A stretch of DNA of 32,000 bases from Tepidanaerobacter acetatoxydans Re1. Its GTDB lineage: Bacteria; Bacillota; Thermosediminibacteria; Thermosediminibacterales; Tepidanaerobacteraceae. Position numbers and translations under genes: made by a program. Below, piece after piece: positions 8,933 through 17,519 of this stretch. Position 1 is the stretch's first letter, and each line of letters begins with the position of its first letter. Where the stretch lies: assembly GCF_000328765.2 (NCBI RefSeq), contig NC_019954.2, forward strand, positions 1,624,516 through 1,656,515, written 5' to 3'. The notes below the pieces were generated by a model. It saw only the letters and a program-made list of their open reading frames with translations. It did no database searches and was not told where the DNA came from.

Positions 8933-9445
8933 TTATTCAGACCTCCCTAGGCGTTTTATACTCCGAACGATATTTATATATTCAGCAGGTACTTCAACCG
9001 TTATAACGGCAGTAGCATCGTATTTTGGAGATTTGATTATTCTTAATACTTTGCCCTTAACCACTGCACTGCCTTCTCGGTCAACACAATCAACTTCATC
9101 GCCCTTATTAGGTAGTGGATAATATTCAAACGGAAAACTGACTTCAGCTTTTTTCCCCGAAACGTTTAATAGAAATATTGCAAGTCCCGGACATGCGGCT
9201 ATACATGTCCCGCAGCCAATACACTTATCTTCATCAAGTGTTGGCAAATTAGTAATTGGTTTACCTACAGTAATGGCACCATAGGGGCATGCCTCCTCAC
9301 ATGGATTGCACGGTATCTCTTGGACACATTCTATGCAAGCTACTGGCCCCTTTTGAATGCGGTCCTTGGATGGAACTCCCGGAATTTTAGAAAGCTCCTC
9401 TTCCGAAGGAAACCCTTGATAAATTACTCCTGATTTTTGTGTCAT
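8933..9445 (-). CDS. 4Fe-4S ferredoxin-like subunit
   Basis: CIECVQEIPCNPCEEACPYGAI and CIGCGTCIAACPG cysteine clusters. Confidence 0.9.
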   Translation of the reverse strand: MTQKSGVIYQGFPSEEELSKIPGVPSKDRIQKGPVACIECVQEIPCNPCEEACPYGAITVGKPITNLPTLDEDKCIGCGTCIAACPGLAIFLLNVSGKKAEVSFPFEYYPLPNKGDEVDCVDREGSAVVKGKVLRIIKSPKYDATAVITVEVPAEYINIVRSIKRLGRSE

Positions 9446-10536
9446 GCCAGTTGCCTCCTCGCATTTATCTGCTTAAGCTTAGCTGTAAATCTTCCTTCAC
9501 CAAACGGCCCTGTACGCAATGCATCCAATCGGCCCCAAATTTGATTTTTCAGTTCTAGAGCCTGTTTTTCATCATAGTATCCTAAACTTTCGGCACAAGC
9601 TACACCGGCCAGTCTCCCTTCTTCCATAGCAGAAGATGCTTCTTCAACGCCTGTGATATCACCGGCTACATATATACCCTTTAATGTTGTTTCCATATTT
9701 CTGTCATGAATAGGGACATGACCTCCTAATGCAGGTATAAAGGTAAACTCACAACCTGCCATCCAAGCAAGTTCTGTTAAAGGCGAAAGTCCAACAGCAA
9801 GGCAAACAGTATCAGCATTAAATTGCTTTTCAGTTCCTTTAACCTGTTGCCACTTCTCATCAAGTTCTACAGTGATAACTTCCTCTACCTTTTCTTTTCC
9901 TACTACTTCTTTAATTGTGGTAGAGATGTATATCGGAACACCAGCCCTTCGAATCTTTGAGGCATGAACTCCATATCCGCCTATTTTGGGAGCTGCCTCT
10001 ATCAATGCAACTACACCGGCTCCTGCCTGCATCAATTGATATGAAACTATGAGACCAACATTGCCAGACCCTACCATTACAATTTTTTGTCCCGGCAAAA
10101 CCCGATTTACATTAATCATGGTCTGTGCCGCACCTGCACCCATAACTCCGGGCAGTGTGCATCCCGGAAAAGCCAATGCATTTTCTGAGGCACCGGTTGC
10201 CATCACTATCTTTTCGGCTTTTAAAGTGTGGTCTTTACCATTGGTAATAAAAGCTATAAGGCGGTCCTCATAAATTCCATAAACAGCAGCATCGAGCAAC
10301 ACTTCTACACCAAGTCTCTCGGTTTCTTCCAAAAGCTGCCGACCTATACGAAATCCTCTGGTTCCAGCTCTATGTTCCCTTGAGCCGAAAAACTTGTGGA
10401 TTTGCTTAAAGAGTTGTCCTCCGGGCTTTAAATTTTCATCCAGCACCGTTACCTTTGCTCCGGCTTTTGCAGCTTCCACGGCACACGAAAGACCAGCAGG
10501 ACCGGCACCTATTACGGCGATATCCGTTGTTTTCAT
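9442..10536 (-). CDS. FAD/NAD(P)-binding oxidoreductase subunit (HcnB/PDH-alpha-like)
   Basis: TTDIAVIGAGPAGLSCAVEAAKAGAKVTVLDENLKPGGQLFKQ; second dinucleotide-binding motif VMVGSGNVGLIVSYQLMQAG; GIYVAGDITGVEEASSAMEEGRLAG. Confidence 0.93.
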   Translation of the reverse strand: MKTTDIAVIGAGPAGLSCAVEAAKAGAKVTVLDENLKPGGQLFKQIHKFFGSREHRAGTRGFRIGRQLLEETERLGVEVLLDAAVYGIYEDRLIAFITNGKDHTLKAEKIVMATGASENALAFPGCTLPGVMGAGAAQTMINVNRVLPGQKIVMVGSGNVGLIVSYQLMQAGAGVVALIEAAPKIGGYGVHASKIRRAGVPIYISTTIKEVVGKEKVEEVITVELDEKWQQVKGTEKQFNADTVCLAVGLSPLTELAWMAGCEFTFIPALGGHVPIHDRNMETTLKGIYVAGDITGVEEASSAMEEGRLAGVACAESLGYYDEKQALELKNQIWGRLDALRTGPFGEGRFTAKLKQINARRQLA

Positions 10537-10850
10537 AATCTGTCACCCCACTCCCCAAGACCTTTCTGAGTGTTTATAATCATTCCGTCTCTAACCGGTG
10601 TAACACATGTTCTGACATTGGGAATACCGTCAACTGTCATTACGCAATCAGTACAACGGCCAATTGCACAAAATATTCCTCTGGGTTTATGATATTTTTG
10701 AGTTTCTCTAAATTTTTTTATGCCCGCGGCAAGAAGGGCAGCGGCGATCGGCTCTCCTTCAATAGCTTGTATTTTTTTCCCATCCACGGTAATCGTAGCA
10801 TTAAATTGTCTTGTTTCATCCCCTAGAATGGGATGGTGCATTACGCGCAA
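10533..10850 (-). CDS. [2Fe-2S]-binding subunit (HcnA-like), first gene of the operon
   Basis: CAIGRCTDCVMTVDGIPNVRTC plant-type [2Fe-2S] motif; 4-nt overlap with the downstream FAD subunit. Confidence 0.9.
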   Translation of the reverse strand: MRVMHHPILGDETRQFNATITVDGKKIQAIEGEPIAAALLAAGIKKFRETQKYHKPRGIFCAIGRCTDCVMTVDGIPNVRTCVTPVRDGMIINTQKGLGEWGDRL

Positions 10851-10939
10851 TTAATCTCCCTCCAATTCTTGTTTCAAATAGCATTTAGCTGCTAGTTTAG
10901 AATATCTGACCATTCTATCTGTCTTACGTGTTAAAATAA

Positions 10940-10956
10940 TGCAAGAAATATGCCTT
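10940..10956 (-). promoter_or_regulatory. Candidate sigma-54 (-24/-12) promoter for the dehydrogenase operon
   Basis: Minus strand AAGGCATATTTCTTGCA: GG-N10-GC spacing with GGCA and TTGCA matching the consensus TTGGCAC-N5-TTGCA; about 90 nt upstream of the first start codon. Confidence 0.35.
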
Positions 10957-11159
10957 TAATATTTTTTTATATTCTCTTAAGTGTTTTACGCTTACTATTT
11001 AGGGAAAACCTTTGTCAAATATACTTTAGGAAGCATTTTTGACAAAAAGTTCTGTGCTGAAAAAATTATCATTTTAATACATGTTTATAGCTTTTAGAAA
11101 TATTATAAAAAATTGCCTTATTACCAGTCAATAATTTTTCCTCCAAAATTATTTCCCAT

Positions 11160-11187
11160 AAAAGCAAAGACGGTTTTTTGACCGTCA
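11160..11187 (-). terminator. Candidate terminator downstream of thiI
   Basis: Minus strand GACGGT-CAAAAA-ACCGTC followed by TTTGCTTTT. Confidence 0.5.
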
Positions 11188-11249
11188 TTTGATACATTTA
11201 TAATTCCTAGAAATTATTTTATAATAATTAGAATATCTTACAGTTAAAG

Positions 11250-12413
11250 CTATGGTTGCACATCTATGATTTCAATATCCGTAAGACCTATTTCTGTCAA
11301 TTTTTTTATATCAACCCCACTCTCGGCTTTTTGAACACTTAAAAGATTTGGACGCGTTTTAGGATGCTGAGGTACGAAAACCGTACAACAATCCGCATAC
11401 GGCTCTATGGAAATGTCATATGTTCCTATTTTCTTTGCGATATCCATAATCTCTATTTTATCACAACCGATAAGCGGGCGAAATATCGGCATTGTAGCAA
11501 CTTCATTGGTTGCAACTAGGGCTTCCATTGTTTGACTTGCTACTTGCCCCAAGCTCTCTCCCGTTACCAGCGCTTTTGCACCTACATTCTCAGCAATTTC
11601 TTGAGCTATTCGTATCATCATTCGCCGCATAATTATAGTTAAAAATTCATCAGGAGTATTTTTACTAATTTGCTTTAAAACTTCCGTGAAATTTACCACG
11701 TGCAATCGCATTTGACCCGAATACCCTGCTAAAACTCTACAAAGCTCTATCACCTTTTCTTTTGCCCTATCACTTGTAAAAGGAAAGCTGTGAAAGTATA
11801 CAGGTTCTATTTCAACTCCTCGCTTCATCAGCATATAAGCAGCTACCGGACTGTCAATACCTCCGGAAAGCAATAATACAGCCTTTCCATTACACCCCAG
11901 TGGCAGCCCTCCCGGTCCGGGAACTCTTTCACAATAAACGAAAGCCTTTTCCCGAATTTCGATATCAACTCTTATTTGAGGATTATGAACATCGACTTTT
12001 AAATTCCCAAGATTACTTAAAATATATGCCCCTACTTCTCTACTTACTTCAGGAGATTTAAGCGGAAAAGATTTATTAGGTCGTCTGGTTTCTACTTTAA
12101 AAGTTTTACCTTCAAATTTTTGGCCCTTGACTACTTCAAGAGCAGCTCTTTTTATTTGCTCTAAATCATTTTCACAGCTTAGCACAGGGCTTATGTAAAC
12201 TATACCGAAAACTTTTTTTAAGGCATTTATAACTTTTTCCCGCGGTGCTTTTGTAAAACAATAAATTCGTCCATGAGTTTTTTGAAGACGGACGTTTTCA
12301 TCATAAGGTCTCAATGCTTGTTTAATTCGCTGCATCAGAATTCTCTCAAAAAAAGGTCTGTTTCCACCTTTTAAGGCAATTTCGCCAAAACTTATCAAGT
12401 AAAGACTCTCCAT
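11250..12413 (-). CDS. thiI: tRNA 4-thiouridine sulfurtransferase
   Basis: THUMP domain and PP-loop motif KAVLLLSGGIDSPVAAYMLMKRG; CCTVFVPQHPKTRP. Confidence 0.97.
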   Translation of the reverse strand: MESLYLISFGEIALKGGNRPFFERILMQRIKQALRPYDENVRLQKTHGRIYCFTKAPREKVINALKKVFGIVYISPVLSCENDLEQIKRAALEVVKGQKFEGKTFKVETRRPNKSFPLKSPEVSREVGAYILSNLGNLKVDVHNPQIRVDIEIREKAFVYCERVPGPGGLPLGCNGKAVLLLSGGIDSPVAAYMLMKRGVEIEPVYFHSFPFTSDRAKEKVIELCRVLAGYSGQMRLHVVNFTEVLKQISKNTPDEFLTIIMRRMMIRIAQEIAENVGAKALVTGESLGQVASQTMEALVATNEVATMPIFRPLIGCDKIEIMDIAKKIGTYDISIEPYADCCTVFVPQHPKTRPNLLSVQKAESGVDIKKLTEIGLTDIEIIDVQP

Positions 12414-12415
12414 TT

Positions 12416-13579
12416 TTACCTCCTTACAAACTTTCTTATTTCATTTACTTCTTCGGTAAGGACTCGTATGGTATAATCCATATCATCTGATGAAAGAAAA
12501 GGTGATAGGCTAAACCTTAAAGCACTATCCTGTTCTTCAGGACTCTTACCTAAGGCTCTTAACACATGACTTGTTCCACTCTTGTGTGAGGAACAAGCCG
12601 AACCTGTAGATACATATATACCTTTTGCCTCAAGCGCATGTAAAAGTATTTCTCCCTTTGTACCAAGGAAAGAAATATTTAGAATATGTGGAGCTCCTAT
12701 ATCAGGACCATTTAAAACTGTGTCCGGTATTCCTTTTAGTATACCATCTTTTAAGTGTTTTTTAAGCTCCTCCATTTTACTTTGCCAATTTATCATATTA
12801 TTAAAGCAAGCTTCGGCTGCCACACCCAATCCAGCAATTCCTGGCATATTTTCCGTTCCCGAACGAAGGCCTGATTCCTGACCACCGCCATGTAAAAGGG
12901 GTTCTATGCGCACTTTATCTCTTACAAAAAGAGCACCAATCCCTTTAGGACCATATATTTTATGACCACTCAAAGACAATAAATCAATACCTTTCAAATT
13001 AGGAACAAGAGGCATTTTCCCAAAAGCCTGTACCGCATCAACGTGAAAAAGTATATTTTTGTTATGTGTTTTAATAATTTCGGCTATATCCTCTATGGGC
13101 TGAATCGACCCTACTTCATTGTTTACATACATAACACTTGCAAGAATGGTTTCCGGTGTTAATGCATTTTTTAATTCACTTATGTCTATAAAACCTTCCT
13201 TATTCACTTTAAGATACGTAGTTTTAAAGCCCTCGTTTTCAAGAGCCTTAAATACCTCTAAAACCGATGGGTGTTCAATATATGTGGTTATAATATGATT
13301 GCCCTGCCGTCGAAGGTTGTGAGCAGCTCCCTTAATAGCCCAATTATTAGATTCTGTTCCACCTGAGGTAAAATATATTTCGCCAGGGTCTACACCTAAT
13401 ACTTGCGCTACTTTCTCGCGTGCCTGCTTCATTATTTTCTCGGCTTCAATTCCCTTTCCGTGCAGAGAAGAAGGATTACCAAAATACACTGTCATTACAT
13501 CAAAAACAGTTTGTGCTGCTTCATCCAAAACCTTAGTTGTCGAACTGTTATCAAGATATACCTGCCTCAAATTCATCAC
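12416..13579 (-). CDS. nifS: Cysteine desulfurase, NifS/IscS family
   Basis: PLP lysine region LLSLSGHKIYGPKGIGALFVRD and catalytic-cysteine region VSTGSACSSHKSGTSHVLRALG; 2-nt gap to thiI. Confidence 0.95.
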   Translation of the reverse strand: MMNLRQVYLDNSSTTKVLDEAAQTVFDVMTVYFGNPSSLHGKGIEAEKIMKQAREKVAQVLGVDPGEIYFTSGGTESNNWAIKGAAHNLRRQGNHIITTYIEHPSVLEVFKALENEGFKTTYLKVNKEGFIDISELKNALTPETILASVMYVNNEVGSIQPIEDIAEIIKTHNKNILFHVDAVQAFGKMPLVPNLKGIDLLSLSGHKIYGPKGIGALFVRDKVRIEPLLHGGGQESGLRSGTENMPGIAGLGVAAEACFNNMINWQSKMEELKKHLKDGILKGIPDTVLNGPDIGAPHILNISFLGTKGEILLHALEAKGIYVSTGSACSSHKSGTSHVLRALGKSPEEQDSALRFSLSPFLSSDDMDYTIRVLTEEVNEIRKFVRR

Positions 13580-13736
13580 CCGCTATACTTGTATTATCCT
13601 CGGATATTTATTTAAAATAAAGCTTTACCTGTTTTAAATCTTCTGTAATGCCGCATAAGTTTTTTTTCGAATGGATAAGCATTACCGTCCCACAGGTTTT
13701 ACCATTTATACACAGATCCAAAGGTTTAACATTTTT

Positions 13737-13745
13737 ATTATATCA
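13737..13745 (-). promoter_or_regulatory. Candidate extended -10 promoter for nifS-thiI
   Basis: Minus strand TGATATAAT; -35-like TTGATG is present upstream at a suboptimal 19-nt spacing. Confidence 0.4.
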
Positions 13746-14065
13746 CAAGTTTATACTGTGTCATCAACTTTTGCCCTACTTATTAACAGAAAAAACTTTA
13801 ATTCTTCCTTACTCCAACAAACTCTAACAGTAACCTAATGCAAAGCAAATTCCTTAATGTTTTTTGGCATTTTTAAAAACATCCTTCCCGTTATTGCTGA
13901 TATTAGTATTCATCTTTAAATTTTTTTTAATTATATTTCGCGAAAAATTCTATTACCATAATTTGTAAAGCATATACTCGTTTTAAAAAATATAATTAAG
14001 GCATAGTAACTTAAATTACGGGATAAAATAAGACTGTTGAATGAAAGTTATTGGAGGTGAATCAG

Positions 14066-14263
14066 TTGCCATTAACTCAAAAAGAAACCATGCTGCTGCA
14101 GGATGCCTTAAGTCATGAACAGATTTGTGTGCTAAAGTATAATAATTATGCAAATCAAATGCAGGACACAGAGCTTTCCTCTATGTTTAAAACCCTTGCA
14201 AATCGTGAACAGCAGCACATTGACACTATTAACCGGCTTTTACAACAGAATCAAAGTCAATAA
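14066..14263 (+). CDS. Small CotF-like spore coat protein
   Basis: LPLTQKETMLLQDALSHEQICVLKYNNYANQMQDTELSSMFKTLANREQQHIDTINRLL; SD GGAGGTGA precedes TTG 14066 (the track start 14051 overlaps the SD). Confidence 0.75.
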   Translation: MPLTQKETMLLQDALSHEQICVLKYNNYANQMQDTELSSMFKTLANREQQHIDTINRLLQQNQSQ

Positions 14264-14284
14264 TTTATTGTATAGGGAGGTATT

Positions 14285-14518
14285 TTGATGAATCAGACAC
14301 AAAACAAAAACATAGCCGGAACTAATATTGATAAGGATATCCTAAACGATATGCTTATGACAGAAAAATATGTTTCCGGAACTTACGAAACAGCCGTAAT
14401 GGAGGCAGCTAACGAAACTGTAAGGGATACACTTCGACAGATTCAAGATGAAGAACAGCAGCATGCAAAGATGATCTTTGACGCTATGAATCAGCGCGGC
14501 TGGTACACGCCACAGTAA
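14285..14518 (+). CDS. CotF-like spore coat protein
   Basis: KDILNDMLMTEKYVSGTYETAVMEAANETVRDTLRQIQDEEQQHAKMIFDAMNQRGWY; coat-F family pattern. Confidence 0.8.
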   Translation: MMNQTQNKNIAGTNIDKDILNDMLMTEKYVSGTYETAVMEAANETVRDTLRQIQDEEQQHAKMIFDAMNQRGWYTPQ

Positions 14519-14527
14519 TCAATCAAC

Positions 14528-14560
14528 AGGCGGCAAGAGGTATTTCTCTTGCCGCCTCTC
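14528..14560 (+). terminator. Rho-independent terminator of the CotF-like gene pair
   Basis: GGCGGCAAGAG-GTATTT-CTCTTGCCGCC followed by TCTCTTT. Confidence 0.85.
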
Positions 14561-14629
14561 TTTATAAATTCCATGTCTGAGTATTTTGTAAACAATAACT
14601 GTTCCAATTTTAACCAAGCATGACCCCTC

Positions 14630-15664
14630 TTAACGGCACAAATAATTCTGTAATGACCAACGAGCTTGTTCTCTTACAATTTCCGATGGATCCTTAGTTA
14701 GTACCTTAAGTAAATTTCTAGTATTTTCACTTCTCAGGTTTCCCAATGCACATACGGCATTTCGGCGAATGACGTTTCTTCCACGCCAGCCGGCAGCTAT
14801 ATTATTAAACATCATATTAAAATCTTGCTTGCTCAATATTGCAAGCTTTTCCAAATCTCTTTCTGCCGGAATATCGGGTATAAACTCTTTATGATTGGGA
14901 ATTTTTACTTTCTGATTACAAGGACAAACCTCCTGACATGTATCACATCCAAAAACCCTATCACCAAGAGCTTTTCTGAATTCTTCCGGAATATGCCCCC
15001 TGATCTGGGTAATATAAGAAAGACATCTGTACGGATTTATTTGAAAAGGTGCCATCAGTGCCCCCGTAGGGCACGCACTTACGCAGCTGCCGCATCCGTT
15101 GCAGTTACTTTCAATATGGCTGTCCGGTTCGATTTCAATATCTGTTAGAATCTCCCCTAAAAATATCCACGAGCCTAATTCTGGTGTAAAAAAGCATGTA
15201 TTTTCGCCAATCCATCCTAAACCTGCTCGTCTGGCAGCAGCTTTTTCAATGAGGCTACCTGTATCAACTATAATCTTAAATCTGCCGGGACGTTTTTTTG
15301 AAATAAAATCAACAACATGTCTTAATTTTTCACTTAGTATGACGTGGTAATCCTTAACTTGGGCATACCTGGAAATTTTTCCCTCAGACCTACTTTCTAT
15401 GTGAGATGAAACAGCCTCTAATGAGCTTTGCGAATATATAAGATAACCCATGGCAAAACATATAATGGTTTTAGCACCCGGTAAGGATTTTTCCGGATCA
15501 CATCTGATTTCAATATCCTGTTCTTCGAAAGGGGATATTAAATTTTTTGCCTTCCTTTCTAATAAAACTTCCTTTTCCTGCAAAAATGGCTTAGCTGTTG
15601 TAAAACCGACTTTATCCAAGCCTATTTCCTTTGAAAAATAAATTATATCTTGCTTTATATCCAT
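14630..15664 (-). CDS. queG: Epoxyqueuosine reductase
   Basis: CNGCGSCVSACPTGAL...CDTCQEVCPCNQKV Fe-S motifs and C-terminal HEAT-like region. Confidence 0.92.
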   Translation of the reverse strand: MDIKQDIIYFSKEIGLDKVGFTTAKPFLQEKEVLLERKAKNLISPFEEQDIEIRCDPEKSLPGAKTIICFAMGYLIYSQSSLEAVSSHIESRSEGKISRYAQVKDYHVILSEKLRHVVDFISKKRPGRFKIIVDTGSLIEKAAARRAGLGWIGENTCFFTPELGSWIFLGEILTDIEIEPDSHIESNCNGCGSCVSACPTGALMAPFQINPYRCLSYITQIRGHIPEEFRKALGDRVFGCDTCQEVCPCNQKVKIPNHKEFIPDIPAERDLEKLAILSKQDFNMMFNNIAAGWRGRNVIRRNAVCALGNLRSENTRNLLKVLTKDPSEIVREQARWSLQNYLCR

Positions 15665-15762
15665 ATTTCTCTCCGATTTGAATTTTTCACGAAAATATTT
15701 ATAATTATATTATACCTTATAATGAGAATTTACTTCAAACAACTTGAAAAGGATGATTTTCT

Positions 15763-16017
15763 ATGATATCGAAGGAACAAATCGCTCGCATCAACGAACT
15801 TTATAAAAAACAAAAAAATGGCGGTCTTTCCGAAGAAGAAAAAAAAGAGCAGGCATACCTACGCCGGCTTTATATTGATTCTATGAAGTCAAATCTCAAA
15901 TCACAGTTAGACAGCATAAAAATTGTAGAGCCTTCAAACTACTGTAATCATCAACACGAGGATAAAAACTGCGGTCATTCGGGACATCGCAAGGGATGCA
16001 GCTGCAAAAACCATTAA
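15763..16017 (+). CDS. DUF896 (YnzC-like) protein with C-terminal Cys/His-rich extension
   Basis: MISKEQIARINELYKKQKNGGLSEEEKKEQAYLRRLYIDSMKSNLKSQLDSIKIVEP matches the family; followed by SNYCNHQHEDKNCGHSGHRKGCSCKNH. Confidence 0.9.
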   Translation: MISKEQIARINELYKKQKNGGLSEEEKKEQAYLRRLYIDSMKSNLKSQLDSIKIVEPSNYCNHQHEDKNCGHSGHRKGCSCKNH

Positions 16018-16529
16018 ATAATCAAACAGCCTAATGTATTTTTTGCCTCTTTTAATGCAAAATCATGTGCCTCTTCATCAAAAGAAGCTACTCCATCTTT
16101 GTAAATATTCACTTTATACGCCAAATTTCTAGCATCAGCAGCGGTATAAAGCACACAAATATTTGTACAAACACCCGCTAGAAATATTTCATCAACTTTA
16201 TTTTCCCTTAAATATAGATCTAAATCAGTTCCAAAAAAGGCACTGTAACGTCTTTTTACTATTATTTTATCATCATCTTTTACATCCAAATCTTCGATTA
16301 TTTTCGCACCGCAAGTTCCGGCAATACAGTGAGGAGCAAACATCTCAAACTCTTTATCGTTTTTTTCATGGTTATCACAAATAAATATAACCGGATAGTC
16401 ATGCTCCCTGAAATTGTTTATTTTTTCCTTTATAAACCCTATAATGGCTTTACCTTGCGGCCCCACACTCAAAGCACCGCCTTCATAGATAAAATCTTTC
16501 AGCATATCGATAACAAGTAAGGCTTTCAC
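16014..16529 (-). CDS. pncA: Nicotinamidase / isochorismatase-family cysteine hydrolase
   Basis: MKALLVIDMLKDF, RRYSAFFGTDLDLYLRENKVDEIFLAGVCTNICVLYTAADA. Confidence 0.85.
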   Translation of the reverse strand: MKALLVIDMLKDFIYEGGALSVGPQGKAIIGFIKEKINNFREHDYPVIFICDNHEKNDKEFEMFAPHCIAGTCGAKIIEDLDVKDDDKIIVKRRYSAFFGTDLDLYLRENKVDEIFLAGVCTNICVLYTAADARNLAYKVNIYKDGVASFDEEAHDFALKEAKNTLGCLII

Positions 16530-16768
16530 TTTTAAACTCTCCCTTCTTTTTTAAACCTAAAAAAAATACATTTTGTTTATTCTCAGTTGCATTAATTACA
16601 TTATAGCATGTTTTTGTAAATATTATAAAAATACTTGAATTCACTGTATCAAAAAATCCGCAGCGATATTAAGCAGGTTGATAATGTACAGCAAGTTTAA
16701 CGGACTAAAATCCGTGGCCACAGATTACAAAGCTCGGTGCTTTGATGATAAGCATTTCATTTTCTATA

Positions 16769-16798
16769 TTGACATGAATCGAATTTATCTGCTATCAT
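16769..16798 (+). promoter_or_regulatory. Candidate sigma-A promoter for azlCD
   Basis: TTGACA - 18 nt - TATCAT, about 35 nt upstream of the azlC start. Confidence 0.5.
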
Positions 16799-16832
16799 AA
16801 AATTTAATTATTATACGTTATGAGGGATAATC

Positions 16833-17519
16833 ATGCACTCAAGCAAAGAAAGTGACTTCATTTTTGGAATAAAGCGAGCTGCACCGATTGTATTTGGATA
16901 TATCCCTGTTGGCTTTGCTCTCGGAGTAATGGCTGCCGATATAGGCCTAAACCCTCTGGAAATGGGTTTAATGTCTGCATTTGTTTACGCTGGTTCGGCT
17001 CAATTTATAGCTGTAAATATGCTGGGTGCAGCTGCAAATACCATCGCTATAATAATAACTACATGTTTAGTAAATTCGAGGCATCTATTGTTCAGTGCTT
17101 CACTGGCACCGCATTTTCAGGGAATAAAGCAAAAACTCATTACCTTTATTTCTTTCTTTATCACTGATGAAAGTTTTGCTGTAAGCATTACCGACGCAGA
17201 ACAAGGTCCACTTTCTCACACTTATTATTTAGGTCTTTATATCACCGCTTACTTAAGCTGGATTTTCAGCACTGTTTTAGGTACAAAATTGGGCAGTTTT
17301 ATACCGGATACAAAAGCCCTTGGTTTTGATTTTGCTCTGCCAGGAATGTTTCTCGTTTTATTATGTATGCAGCTTAAAAACACTAGATATGTCTTGGTTT
17401 CATTGATATCAGGCTTGCTTTCTATATTATTCATATATCTAATACCGGGAAACTGGAACGTTATTTTGGCTACCGTAATTGCTGCAATAGTAGGGGTGTT
17501 TATAGACAATGAAGATTGA
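16833..17519 (+). CDS. azlC: Branched-chain amino acid exporter large subunit, AzlC family
   Basis: AAPIVFGYIPVGFALGVMAADIGLNPLEMGLMSAFVYAGSAQFIAVNML. Confidence 0.95.
   Translation: MHSSKESDFIFGIKRAAPIVFGYIPVGFALGVMAADIGLNPLEMGLMSAFVYAGSAQFIAVNMLGAAANTIAIIITTCLVNSRHLLFSASLAPHFQGIKQKLITFISFFITDESFAVSITDAEQGPLSHTYYLGLYITAYLSWIFSTVLGTKLGSFIPDTKALGFDFALPGMFLVLLCMQLKNTRYVLVSLISGLLSILFIYLIPGNWNVILATVIAAIVGVFIDNED

Noticed and set aside
10049-10579. Two proline-rich plus-strand ORFs antisense to the FAD/NAD oxidoreductase
   Set aside because: They are shadow ORFs of GC-richer Gly/Ala codons on the coding strand (Rossmann motifs), not independent genes.
13760-14050. Searched for a T-box, riboswitch or clear sporulation sigma promoter in the nifS/CotF intergenic region
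   Set aside because: No specifier/T-box consensus or known aptamer core recognised; strings such as CATATACT and CATAGTAAC only weakly resemble SigE/SigK -10 elements and lack properly spaced -35 boxes.
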